Below are positions 11,914-24,610 of a stretch of 64,000 nucleotides of DNA, one piece after another. Position numbers and translations under genes: made by a program. How positions within the stretch are numbered: the first letter of the stretch is position 1; every line of letters starts with the position of its first letter. The stretch is from Lama glama. Its lineage: Eukaryota. A model generated the notes under the pieces. It was not told the DNA's origin, ran no database searches, and saw only the letters and a program-made list of their open reading frames with translations. Location of the stretch: assembly GCA_028534125.1 (NCBI GenBank), contig CM052816.1:10046001-10110000 (forward strand), in the 5' to 3' direction.

Positions 11914-12290
11914 TGTGAAAAGATACACTGAGGCATATTAAAAATTTTAAGAGTTTATTTGAGCAAAAATCTATTCGAATCAGGCAGCATCCAAACCAGC
12001 AGATAGGAAGGAGCTCCGGAGGAGCTGTGCAAAGTGCCCTTTACAGCCAGAAAGCAGGGAGACAACGTGCACTAGACAAAAAACAGGATATTTATTGCAG
12101 GGTCACTTTCCTTTAGGGGATGGCTGATACGTCAGGCTGGTTATTTAACTAATGCTGATTAGGCGATTTCTGATCGACTAGTTTAAGATTCCATTTCTGG
12201 GAGAGATGAAACTAAAATTAAGTCTTGGTTTGGTGACACAAGACTTAGCATAAACGACTCCATTTGGGGCCTGTTGTCTTATTTTTAACA
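11914..12290 (-). mobile_element. 5' LTR of the ERV1 remnant (377 bp)
   Basis: TG...CA termini (minus strand starts TGTTAAAAATAAG); minus-strand AATAAA at 11954-11959 near the LTR 3' end; PBS adjacent. Confidence 0.8.
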
Positions 12291-12739
12291 TGTCCATCAA
12301 AAAGCATGTAGATTACTGCCTTTGTGTCTGGTGGGTACATTTTTTAAAAGATACTTATAAACTGGAATGTGTTTAGAGAAGAGAGACTACCACAATAGAT
12401 AAGAATTTGAAAGTTTTGGTCCTATGATAGATGGCTGAAAGAAGTTTTCCTTTCCTTTGGTCTGAGGAAAGGAAACCCTTAGAAATCTGGGGAGTCTTTT
12501 CAAACAATTTAAGGGAGACAATGTTAACATCGTGAAAGCAGGAACTTTGTTCTTTTTTCACCGCTGTATTACAGGTGGGAAGACAGTATCTAACATCTAA
12601 GAGGTGCTCAATTAATATTCTTTTTGTTACATAAACGAATGAGAAGAAGAATTAACATGTTCTTATTGTCCCCAAAGGGTAGAATTTAGACTAAGTGGGT
12701 GTGGGATTAAAAGGAGATGGATTTGAGCTCAGTAGGAAA

Positions 12740-12950
12740 GCGTATAGTATAGTTACTAAAACCAGGGGCTCTGATACAGAGTGTCTGAGCTGGAATCTGA
12801 TTTTTCCCACTACCTAACCATGTGTTCCAAGTGAAGTCAGAGAATTTCTCAGTGTCAGTTCCCTAATATGGGTTAATAATAACAGTTCCTTCTTAGGGCA
12901 GTCAGCACAATGCCTGCCATACTGTAAGTGCTCTAATACACATTCACTAT
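12740..12950 (+). mobile_element. MIR SINE
   Basis: gcgtatagtatagttactaaa...ggctctg...ccactaccta...tctcagtgtcagttccc...cagcacaatgcctgccatactgtaagtgctc. Confidence 0.6.
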
Positions 12951-13855
12951 TATTGTTGTTGCTGTTATTTATCTCAGAACCCTTCGAGCTCACTAAAAAG
13001 GTTTCCTGGTACTTCTTCCTGATGGGAGGAGCTTTGCTGCTTTAGGTAACAATTCATGGCATTGTTGAATTGTCAGGGATTTAATGGAAAAGATTCCTCA
13101 ACTGGATACAAGGTTGGACTAAAATCTCTCTGCTTTTAACTGTAAAAAAAAAAAAAAAATTCCAGAATTATAAACCACACCCTCAAAAGAGGAACTCAAG
13201 AGTAGTGGCTGAGAATGAGTTTTGTGGATTAAGAAGGGTTTTGTGGGCCCCAGTAGAGAAGAGGGTAGTTAACCCAGCTCTCACTGTTAGTTCCTCATCG
13301 CTGGGTGAAAGTAAGGTCTGCAACACTCTAAAAATAAGAAACGCAGGATAGTTTCTTTTATTGGTTTCAGAGTATTTGAAATATAAAGTTATTGGACAAA
13401 AGAATATACCCAAAGTTTTTTTGTCACATTGGAGAAGCAACCTTGTTTGAAATTAAACATTTTTTAAAAATAAAGTATTTTTATAGTTGATGCGTATTTT
13501 TATAGTTTAGGAGCCTCCTGAGAAATAGGACCGTGAGAAACATTGAACTTTTATTTCCATTTCTCTGACCCAATTTATCCCCCGTTAACCTTTGCTTATT
13601 TCAACTAAGCAAAAATAAAATGTATCTGCATAATAAAGGAAGCAATTACATAAAAGGTGCCAAGCTCTTACCTTTCAAAGCCTTAGCACTGTCAACAATT
13701 TCCTTTGTTTTCTTTCATTATTTAAGCAGTACCTAACTGTTAGCTAAAAATAGGAAATACGTAGGTAATAAAATGATGTTCATGAAAAAGGAATAATATA
13801 CACTTTTACTTTTTAACAAGTCAGTATTCATTGGAAAACCAACAGACAAAAATAA

Positions 13856-13908
13856 AAAAGGCTGGTTGACGATCAGGTCAAAAGGCTGGTTGATGATCAG
13901 GTCAAAAG
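13856..13908. repeat. 24-bp tandem duplication (AAAAGGCTGGTTGAYGATCAGGTC x2.2)
   Basis: Two copies differing by a single C/T at a CpG. Confidence 0.9.
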
Positions 13909-16224
13909 ACACTTGGTTTGGTGGAGTGGTGTTTGTGGCCATGTGTTTTTTTTTAGGTGGTAATAGGTGACTATTCTACTTTTGCATGTGGAGTCATGAA
14001 TAAGGCATGTAAAATGAAATTAATACTATTTGAGGGAGAGGAGTTATTCTCTGTTGAAGGAAGAAAAAATGGCAGATTAGGAGTCACCAGTGAAACTGTT
14101 GTATTGGAAACAGAAAAGTAAACACAAAGAGAAAACTACTGAGAAAAGGAGAAAAATACATACCTGCAGAAGTTAGAGGGGCAAAAAGCAGAAGGAACCA
14201 TGTGTGCTATAAAAGTAAAAACAAATAATCAAAGAAAAAACAAATGAAAAACATAGAGCCATAGACACCTGAATAGAAGAAAAATGAGCAGAGAGAAAGA
14301 GTGCAAATTTAGAAAGTTTTATAGTGAATATGATTCCGGAAGGCCACAGTCACAGTACATTATTATATTTTGAACTGGGCATGCTAAATTTCAGGGTGTT
14401 TTTAAGTTCTTTTATTTACTGAAATATATGTACTTTTTTTAAAAAAAAAAACTTGCAGCTTTATTTTAGAAATGATTTTGGAGTTCTAGAGAACTTTAAA
14501 ATATTCAGAATTACAACTTAATATAAATTAACTTTCAAGCCTTAAAGATTTAAATTAGCACCAGGTGAAAGTTACTGAAAAATAATAGGAGTTAACCTGT
14601 ACTGGGTCACTAATTCTATGTGCTAGACCCCACATCAAATGCTTCCCTTGTGATGTTCTGCACAAGGACCCCGGAGATCCTCATTTTAGGAATGGGAAAA
14701 CAAATCCTCGCTTACTCAGGGTGAGCACTAGTCAAACTACAGAGCTCCTTGGCTCATCTCCCACATTAATGTGTCTGTCCATCTCTCACTCATAACTGCT
14801 CCTCTCTCTGCCTCCTGTAACAGCGTTCAGTAGCCTCTCCTTTAAAAATAATGACTCCAGGTTTCCTGCAACTGCCTCGCTCTCTGGTCCTTCTCTGACT
14901 GAGCTGTTTAACCTCCCCATAGCTCACATACACACATTCGTTATTCCCATGCACTCTGTCTAATTTTTTCTTGGCTTATCAGAATGAAGGTATGACCCCT
15001 GAGAACTCTTTCTTAGCACAACTCTTCTTAAGTGCCCCTGTTTTTACTCCTTTTTTGTGCTTGCTATTTTCTCAAACATCTTTCTGAGATCTCTGCCACT
15101 GCAGAAGCCCTGGTTTCCCCAAAGTTTTCTAACTTTTCCTCTTTTCTTGGTTTTCTAGGCATCCTCAACACTCTCAGATATTGGAGCCCCGTCAGTAAAT
15201 CTGTTTAACAGCTAAACACTACATCCCCTTCCCCAAACCATGCTCTCCAGAAAAATCAGTCGTGTCTAGTAGAGCTAAAAAGTGAAGACCAACAAAGTTT
15301 TCCATAGAACATGGACAATAGAATAATTCCTAAAACACACTGTCCAGTCCAACCCTCTTCTCTGCTTCCTCAAATATTGCCCCAAGCCCAGCATTACTCC
15401 TGATGTGACTTAGTGTAACTCACGGGCTGCTCTCCCTGTCCAAGGTTATTCAGCCTGTCTGCCCTCCAGCATATGCTCCTACTCTATACACTGAACAATG
15501 CCAGCCCTTCCTGAATCAGTAAATGCTTTTAAACCACAAAGTAGTTAAAGTAGTATTCTGATGAGAAAGCTGTAATGGCGATACCTTTTCTACTATAGAA
15601 AGCCCTAACTTCGCCTGGTGGTTTTAAACCCTTAGGAATTTGAAACCTCACATGTTCCTGCCTTCGCTAGGAATTCTTCCCGCCATACTGTCTTTCTGCA
15701 TTCCTTATTTACCTGTCACTTTTACCTATTTAATAAACGTCAGACAGACACACAAGTGCTATCACTTAAGGTAGTGCTTGTCAGACAGACTCCATAAGAA
15801 TCCCCTGGAGATCTTCTTTACGCTTTCAGTGGCCATGCGTCAATCGCCAGATATTTTAGGTCAGTTGATTTGGGGTGGAGCCCACTGATTTGTCATTGCT
15901 CTTAATGGTTAAGTCTCCCATGAATTTCTCCTGCCTTTCTAAACTGATATCGTTCAAATTCCCACAATAATTTGTTGGTTCCTCCCTTATTGTAACCACT
16001 GTCAACCTTGAAACACAAGAAAGTGTGTTAGTGTTTGTTTTTTAGTTTCCTAAGGGGAGTAATTGAGTCCTAAGTATCTCTGTATTCTGTACTATACAAT
16101 CGCAGCACATTCTCAGTCTACAGACTTAAGTTAATTTCATATCAAAAATCTGGTCTTGGGTAAGATTTTTAAAGAATTGGGATTCCTTTCATATTATGTG
16201 AAAATTCCTGTTTGAAAATTGATG

Positions 16225-16690
16225 TGTGGGGAAGGAAAACTTTTCCTCTTCCCAGTTAGATTCAGTGTCTGGGGGCCTGCAAATTAAATGGGCAAATAAC
16301 AGATTAACAGGAGAAAAACGGCTTATTCCTATGCATATGAAAGCTAACGAAGTCACCAGCTTACTAAATGGTTAAACTTAGAGGCGTGTACACCTAACTC
16401 AGTGGGGGAAAGGAGGGAGAAGAAAAGGCTTCTGTGGGAAGACAAATAGAGACAAATGGGTTCTTAGGAAAGCGGAAGATGGAAAAGTTTCTGACGATGT
16501 TTGTCTGTGCAGGTGTGGATGGTCTTTCTACCTAGTTCAGGGCCTTATTTCCATCCACAGTGGTTTACTCTTATTCTTGCTTCTCCCTGGAGACTCGTCC
16601 CAAAGAGGGAAATAACGGCAGCCTAATTTCCCAGAAGTTGCTTGTGTCTCTGGATGAGCTGTTCCTTCTGCTCAGTAGATAAAATTCTGC
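16225..16690 (-). mobile_element. MER34-like ERV1 LTR
   Basis: TGTGGGGAAGGAAAACTTTTCCTCT...GGGGCCTGCAAATTAAA...CAGATTAACAGGAGAAAA resembles the reverse complement of a MER34-family end. The right boundary is uncertain. Confidence 0.6.
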
Positions 16691-19600
16691 GCATACTAGG
16701 ATGGGAGAAAGGGCCACTGCCCAGGGAGAAAGACAGCAAGACCTTCACAGGAAGTAAGGTTGAGGGGCTGGGAGTTGCTGCCTGTCGCCCTCCCCACCTC
16801 CTGCTTTCAGTGTAGATGGTAATGAGAACAAGGCTTTGTAGCCGGGAGAGGAAAGAACATGTAAGGCACTGAGACACCCACCTAAGCATCAAGGCAAGTT
16901 ACTTTCAAGGAAAAGATGATCACTGTTCTCAGAGATATCATCCCCATGCTAGAGTTCTCACTCATTTCACACCCACACTACCAACACCCATCCAAACTCT
17001 GCCCCAGGGTAACTTACGCCCTTCCTTCTCTCATGCCCACCTTGTGTGTTCCTGCCTTTCCCTATCAGTCTTTACCACGTTTAACTAGAGTTCTGTTGGA
17101 ATAGAGGGACCGTGTCATCCCTAAAGATGTGTCTATAAGAGCAAAAATGGGTATTTTGCACACCTGACTAGGAAGCAGAGGTTTATTAATAGATGATTTT
17201 GGAAAGCAAGATAGAGTTTTCCTTTTAGACATTCAAAAAGTCAAAGCCAAAGGTTACTTACCTGATACAAAGTACTTCCAACAAACATAATTGAAAGAGA
17301 CTGGTAGCAGTGATGGTAAGTTCTGAAAGAGAGAAGAGGGCTAACTTGGCTTATTCTAAGGAATCTGCGTGAAATACTCCACTTGAGTGTTACTGGAGCA
17401 GAAGGAGACCGAGGCTGGGACACAGAGCAAAGTCCCCTAACACCCCAACAGCCCCTGTTTCTCCCGATAACATTGGCTAGAAGTCAGTTTCAGGTGGTAG
17501 GCAAGGAACTAAGAGAAAAATTCACCCCTGTCGCAGGACCCTTTTAGCAGTGACAGGTCTGTGCTCTGGTTCCGGGGAGGAAATTGTGAAATTCCCTAGA
17601 AGGGTTGGAAGGAGGAAGCAGGAGCAGGTAACTCTGCTCTCTCCACTCTGACCTGTGTGCCGGCAACAGTCCTGTATTGTCCGACCTAAGGTTCCTCATG
17701 GAACTCAATATACCCAGGTGGGAAGACCTGGAGGTATTTATAATCCCTGATGGGGCCCCGACACCTGCCAGTAAGGTTGCTGTGTGATTATCCACTCATC
17801 CTTTCAGAATGAAAGTTGCTGCAGAGGTCAGTTGTTTAAAAGGAAAACAGTGGGTCAGGCATCAGGTAGAAACGTCTGACTCTGTCCTCCTCAACTTCCG
17901 ATTTCCACCCTTCGGTAGTCACCAAATCCCCACCTATCTAATTCCCCTAAAAACACAAAACGTAGAGAGGGGTATATATTTCTGTTTCTTCCCTGTGACG
18001 TATCCATGTTACAGAAACCACTGAAGCATGTGCCGAGATAATCATTTGAAAGTAGCTTTGAGTGAGCAAGTTTCGGGAGGGTCGGTTACTCCCCCTGAAC
18101 TGGGAGGGAGCACTTTCAGTGTGAGGGCAGGAGAAGCACAGCTGTAAGGGACTTGCAGGGCAAGACTGGCCAAAATGCGTCAAGGAAGGAACAGAGCAAA
18201 ACCAAATCAAGCCTAAGAATAGGGTTTCTCGGGGCTCAGATCCTGTCCATATCAAAACGATTTTTAGGGTGCCTTTCCTTTCTTCCCAGCTAAGCTCTCC
18301 AGTTTACCAAGTCCCGTATCGACATAGCCCATCAGCTGACCCAGCTTCTAAATCTGATTTTTACCTGTTCATCCTACTGTGCTCTCAACACTTCAGCTGG
18401 ATGTATCTTGCCCCAGGCAGGTTCGGTGTAGGACATGTCCATCAGTCTCCAGAGATCAACTTACTTTAAATGGGCACATCTTCCTTGCTGCGAACAACAG
18501 GGGTTTTTATTGATGTTTCAGGAAAACTGGGATGGAGTCATTCTCCTAAGATAGAGCATTGCATTTACTTACTCAAAGCCACTGGGAAAGAATGATTGAT
18601 GAGCCAAGTTTGCATTTCACCAGTGTAACACAAGGAGTCTGTATTCAGTGTTGCTGTGTCCCTTGGTATGTAGTCAGTGGAAAATATATTTGATTGGAGC
18701 AGAAGAGAGCTGTTAAAGTGACCTCCTTTATTTTAGTATTAAAGTTAGGTTACAAATAAATCAGATCTTCTATATAAAAACTTGCATTTTCAAAGTCATT
18801 AAGTAAGTACAAAATTACTAATGTTCAGCTCTTAAACCAAGAATGATCTTTGTACTGAAGCACATGACAATTTTTAAAATCAGATAAACTGATTTGCTGG
18901 CCTGTGAGACTATTATAAATGCAAATGGGAGATTTCAACTAAAAGATTTCTCTGTAAAGATTTGTGTGACATTCTATGTATGATTATCTGGATCCTGCAG
19001 TAAACATGCCCTCACGTTGAACTCCCTCTTGTCCTGTCTGCTTAGCTTGACTTTCTGATTTGTTTTGCTCTGACTTTCCTTTTCACCTGGGATTTCTTTC
19101 CCAAATGCTTCATTGCACAGAGCCTCCTCCTGTTACAGAGAATATATTTCTAATGCTTTTTCCTGCAACATATTTGAGACATTTCCTTGTATCACAAACT
19201 GGCAGAAAGTCAAATCAGTGCCAGTGCGGCAAGATTTGTGAGGGAGGAGGATGGAGAAGGCAGAGTTCGGCTGTTTTTAAACTCCCTTATGTAAGCGGGC
19301 TCTACGCGGTGTTGGAACTCTACTTCCTTGAAGAATAATTGTGTGTATCATAAAATTGGTCAACCGTGAAAATTATTACTAGACCAGGGACAAGGCCAAG
19401 ATGATTCCCCAGATGTTCAGAAGCTCAAGGAGCACTCCTGTCATGTGAGAGCCATGGGGCAGAACCTCAGGAGCCAAAGGGAGGAGACAGAAGATTCCAC
19501 TTCATTCTACTTAGTTTAGAGCTTCTGTTTCACTCGTTTGCTCTAAACTAAGTCATTTGTTGTCTGGCGTCATTATCTTGGGAGAGTCAACTAACTGAGA

Positions 19601-21269
19601 GTCAAATAACTGAAGGAGAAGGAACATTTCATTGATATTTAGGACCCTCTTCAATCTAGAGCCTTGAGGGGCAAAGAAAAGTGATTTCCTGATCATGCCT
19701 AGTTATGTCAAAAATCTTGGCAAATTTAAGCAAGATAGTCCTATAGGAAGCCTTCAGGCATCTCCTTATTTAAGACTGGTTCAGTCTTCTGGAAGAGAAG
19801 GGGTAGCAGATGCCTATAAAGGTACCTGCTGTTTAAAAGTTTTGTGATTTCAGTGTCACTAGTGTACAACCAGGAAGACTGGTAGAGATTTTGGTGGGGG
19901 AAAGCAACTCAACTTGGGGCACAGAGTCAAATCCAAACATTCCACTGGTAATTGAGAAGGAAATAAGGTTTACACAGTATCTCTATGTTTGAGAAAACAG
20001 AGATTATTAGGGGCCAGAGAAAAGGAGAGAAAGGGTAGGAGGTACCTTCTCATGTTGTGATAGAAATGAAATGAATTATAAATGTCTGGGTTCAGAGACA
20101 TTGTGAAATAACAGTTTTCTAAGAAAGATAGACTAGAGGGAAATGTACCTTAAATATGTTTCCAGTGCTGGCTCAGAGATTGTCCTTAATGCAGGAAGCC
20201 TGTTCAAGGCAGCTCTTTGGAAGGGGAGATTTGATTTACTTAAGAGGACTGCCTGGAGGCAGAGGCCCAGAACACTGATGTAAACCACCTGCTGGGAGAG
20301 TCATTAACTCTGTGCATAAATGCAGAGGATGCTTCAAGCAGTTGAGCTGTGAAGACGAAGGAGAAAAAGATAACCAGTAATTATAACTGACTATAAGTCT
20401 CGACTTGAATTTTAGGTGAATATTGTTTGTTTCATTTTGCATCTCAGTGGCCTGACACGTTGGAGGCCCTCCCTACAGTAATGAAGAAATAACCATAAGA
20501 TTTGCTCCTTGAAGGAGCACTAGAGAAGGATCCAAAGAGGGGCACAGGAGTGAGTGTCCCATTGGACCCAAGTCCCACCATCAGCCTTGGTTTCTCAGAC
20601 AGGCTCTGGGCCCCAGAGACAACACATAGGCAGCACTGAGAGCTGCACAGAGGCTTCGTGATGCGCCTCCTTCCCTTGTCCTTCTAGTCCTCTCCTACCA
20701 GGTCCCTACACCAAGAAAGGGTCTGAAATGAACCCCAGCCTTCTGCTCTACCTCTCTCTGACTACGTTCAGGGTGAGACAAACTGGGGAGAATGGGAACA
20801 TGCACGGGAGGCACACAGGATACTGCGCTCCTCCTCATTCTACTTGCGTTGATCTGTTGCCCATGGGAGGCTGTGACCTACAGCACCTGTCCAGTAGTTG
20901 GGGCACTTAGGACAGACACTAGAGCAGGGACTTCTGAGCTCACATGCTTCTGGGTGCAAGAAAATGAAGACCTCGTTTCTGAATTATTTTTTTTCTGGGT
21001 CACAAAGACCCTTCTTAGACAGTTCTTGGGGCATAAGAAAAGGCTGCTTGAAACCATCATTCACTGGCATCCTCTCGTGTCTGCCTGTGGTCCTCTGCCA
21101 TGCAACCAAAGTACAGGAAACTCTGGGAGAGAGAATGGTCCTTCCTCTGTCCCTTTCTGGTTCACAGTGTGCAGTGACTTGAGCCTGAGTGGAGTCGTCT
21201 GGGAGAATGCAGAATGGTTACATATACAGCGTGAATCTTCATTTCTCCTCATTTCAGCTAATTTCTTCC

Positions 21270-21926
21270 TGATGCAGGAAAACGGATGTGGGGCATGAGG
21301 AGGGCGGAGTCCCAGGTCTTGGTTGAGTCCCTGGAACATGTCCCGCCAAGTGTGCATCCTTAGCTTCATGTAGGAAAGGATTCAAGTGCGAGCCATGGTT
21401 GAGTAAAGGTAGATTTATTTAAAGAGATACGAACTGCATAGAGTGTAAGGCAAGAGAAAGGCAAGGAAAGACGTGTGGGGATTGGGTGCTCGGGTTAAAG
21501 TAAAAGTAGGTACACACTCCACTGACAGAGTGCGGGCCGTCTCCAAAGAGGAGGGAGTGAAAAGGGCCACTAGGCATGGTGGTGTCAGTTTTTATAGGCT
21601 CAGTAGCTTCACACACCTACAGGTGGGACCATTCCAGCTGCCCTGGGGAAGGGGCTGGGATTCCCAGGAATTGGGCCACTGCCCATTCTTTGGCCTTTTG
21701 TGGTTAGCCTTGGGACTGTCATGGCACCTGTGGGCATGTTATTTGATCACGCTGTTACAATGAGCATATAATGATGCTCAAGTTCTGCTAGAAGTCAAAC
21801 CTCTTAATCCTCAAGGCCAACTAGTAGTTGAATCTTCCACCATTTTGCTGAATCTCCCACCATTTTGGTGTTAAATTGCTGTCATTCCTCGAGTGGCTGT
21901 GCCCTGCCCCCTTCCCTCCTGTCTTA
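21270..21926 (-). mobile_element. Solo ERV1 LTR (657 bp) with 4-bp TSD
   Basis: TG...TA termini (probably a mutated CA) flanked by TTCC (21266-21269 and 21927-21930). Minus-strand AATAAA near 21414-21419 and TATAAAAA near 21589-21596. Confidence 0.8.
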
Positions 21927-22916
21927 TTCCCATTGCTCTGACTTGTAAAGCATCTCCAAGGTTTTCATTGGAGAGACTTTGCATTCATGCTAAGAAGTTA
22001 GAACTAGCCCATCTAGGAGGAAGGGATAGAACTGGATACACTCTGAGTGTCCATGTGGAACTTGGGAGGCTCTGACTTGCCAATGCCACCCACAGCAGAG
22101 ATGATGTCTAAAGGAAAATTCGGCAGATGATGACAACCACAGTGATGGTGTATGATGCTCAGAGTCTGACAGGCTAATGTGCTTCCTTAAATTTAGCAAT
22201 GGAAAACCTGACGTAGATAGCTTCAAAAGTCTTCGTCACGGACTGGGTCTCTCATGCTAAGGACTGGCTTGTGAAGACCCTCCTGGACAGCTCTGACGGG
22301 CTTGGAGGAGGTTGCCAGAAGCAAGCCCTTCCCGGACGTCTCACGGACTCTGCGTTTCTCTGCTGTTGAGCATGGGTGTAAAATAGACAAGAATCTCAAG
22401 GACTAAGGATATTACTCGAGGCACAGAATCTTGTTTTTTCTTTCTCCACTAGATGTCAAGGGTTAAAACATTGGGGAAGAAACCTGAGAATTTAGGAAGA
22501 ACAGTAGAAGACTCAGTATGAAGCTTTATTCCTCCAATTCTACATCACTGAATTTGTTCCCAAACTGTAGTTGTAAAAGTCCACCCTCAATTCTGTGGTA
22601 TTAAACAGAGAGCAAACCACACAGCTCACTGATCTGCAATTTGATACTGTTCCAGAAGGCATGTTTAAAAAAATAAGAAAATAAACAAAGCCCTGAAGGT
22701 CAAATTTAGAGAGATCTGGTTATGCTATTGGGAGGAGAGACCCTGATGATGCAATGGAAGGATCTTACATCTCATGAAGGCTGGGGGAGAGAGGTTGATT
22801 ATCTTTAAATGTTCTTCCCTGGAGAAGGAACTCATAATAATCGATTCTCAACTAAGGTCCCAACACTAGTGAAAAACTTACTGAGAATTTCTAATCACAA
22901 GAATAAAGCATACTAA

Positions 22917-23001
22917 GGGGGAGGGGATAGCTCAGTGACAGAGTGCATGCTTAGCATGCATGAGGTCCTAAGTGCAATCCCCAGTACCTCTATTGAAAAA
23001 A
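22917..23001 (+). mobile_element. tRNA-derived SINE, camelid vic-1 type
   Basis: GGGGGAGGGGATAGCTCAGTGACAGAGTGCATGCTTAGCATGCATGAGGTCC...CAATCCCCAGTACCTC plus A tail. TSD aagaataaagcata (22899-22912) / aagaataaaacata (23002-23015). Confidence 0.88.
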
Positions 23002-23499
23002 AAGAATAAAACATATAGCTTACTTCTTATGAAATAGAAGTGCTCCCTTTAAGAAAATGACACTAGGAAATGTGAGCACTCGTGGGTCAGAGTTGTGCCT
23101 ACCTAAGAAGCAACATAAAGTTTCCTCTCCAAGGCTCTAACACTCAAGTATGTCATGAAGCCATCTCCTAGAAAGTTCTGAAGGGCTAAGAGACAAGGAA
23201 ACATTGTCTCTCAGCTTCAATTACACCCTTTAATACTTTGATTTACTGTATTAGGCTGGGACTATGCAAACCCCATTGCTGCTTGGCCAATCAGCCAACG
23301 CTGCCAATAATGGGTACCAGAGGGAGCCTAGAAGACTGCAGGAGGGGGAAGAGACTGGTTCTTTCCTATTTGCATCCTGTGTGATTGAGGTTCCTGTGGG
23401 CATCACCGCTGCAGCCCTGGGAGGACGAGGAAGGGTGGGGGAGAAAGAAAGAAAGAAAAGAGGGGAAAGAGAGGGAGGAAAAAGAAAACTTACTGAGAA

Positions 23500-24610
23500 A
23501 AATTCAGACATTATGTTCTTTCCCCTAAATTCTTTCCTAAAAACAAGGACAGTTTCTTTCACATCAAGAATTCAATTATCAAAATTAGGAAATTAACACT
23601 GATATAATCCTAACCTATACACCTTATTCAGACATTACCAATTATCCTGTTAATGTTCTTTACAGCAAGTTGTTTTGTTTTGGTTCCCCAGGGTCGAATC
23701 CAAGATTCCAAAGCATTAATACTCATGCCTCTAGTCTTCTTTAATCTAGATTTTCTCAGTCCTACTTTGCCTTTTGTTACCTTGACAAATGTTTAAGAGC
23801 TCAAGCCAGATAGTTTGTAGACCATCTCTCAGTTTGGGTTTATTTGCTCTTTCTCATGGATTAGAGCTGATAGACAATGCATTTGGCAGAGATTCTTCAG
23901 AAGGCGTGCTGTGCTCTTTTCAGTACATCATATAAGCAGACACCTGAGTTCTGTTTGTCCTACTGTTAACTTTAATCACTTGCTTAAAGAAATGCCAACC
24001 AACTTTCTCCACTGCAAAGTTACTATTTTTCCCTTTGTAATTAACAGGGACCTTGTGGGGAGATAGTTTGAGACTCTGTGAATGTCCTCTTCCTCCTGAA
24101 ACTTTTACTCATTACTTTTAGTATCCATTGATGATTCATGCCTAAAAATATTGTTATGATGTTTGCTAAATGATGATTTGCCAAATGATGGAATATTCCT
24201 TTTACAGTTGTTCATTGGCATTCTCCTGCAAAAGAGAACTTTCCCTTCTCCCCTATTAATTCCATTTTATTTATTTATTTGTGACATTATGGACTCATGG
24301 GAATCTAGTTTTCTTCTATATATTGTCTTCCATAACTGCCATTATTCATTCTGTTGCTTACACTTCCTCAGATTTTGCTGATGGGAGCCCTTTCGAGCTG
24401 GCTCCTTTGAATTTGAAATGTCCCCATCATTCTTTGAGTACTTCTTTACTTTTCGGCATGGCCAGATATTCCAGGCTCATCCTGTACTTTGCTTCCCCAG
24501 CCCTGGAATCAGTGATTTCTCCAAGGAGCTCTTGTTTCTTTTCTTTTAATGAAGTATGGGGTTTTGAGTTCATGATCTGGATACTGGTGTGGCACTGCTG
24601 CTAGGCTCTC
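23500..24610 (-). mobile_element. Old L1MC-type 3' UTR fragment
   Basis: ttcctaaaaacaaggac...tcaaaattaggaaattaacactgata...ctccactgcaaagttactattttt...caggctcatcctgtactttg...gatctggatact resembles the reverse strand of L1MC4/5. Confidence 0.65.

Larger units (their letters stand above)
9585..12290 (-). mobile_element. Deleted non-autonomous ERV1 (MER4-group-like) provirus remnant: 5' LTR, PBS, leader with tandem array, partial internal region, stub of 3' LTR
   Basis: LTR at 11914-12290 is followed on the minus strand by a PBS-like 18-mer and a splice donor. 9585 starts TGTTAAAAGATAAACT, a 14/16 match to the LTR terminus TGTGAAAAGATACACT at 11914. Flanks tgacc (9580-9584) and tgtcc (12291-12295) may be a degenerate TSD. 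No gag/pol/env ORF is seen. Confidence 0.65.

Noticed and set aside
10833..11918. Long ORFs (212, 172, 163 aa) with 19-aa repeats such as GQTGSDLETRPGPGSDRVR
   Set aside because: By-product of a GC-rich 57-bp repeat that lacks stops in several frames on both strands. No gag-like or other recognisable domain, and no splice or poly(A) support.
21931..22340. Protein-like translated stretch (…IASKVFVTDWVSHAKDWLVKTLLDSS…) suggesting a pseudogene
   Set aside because: Multiple stops, no family I can identify, and not in frame with the ORF on the other side of the LTR.
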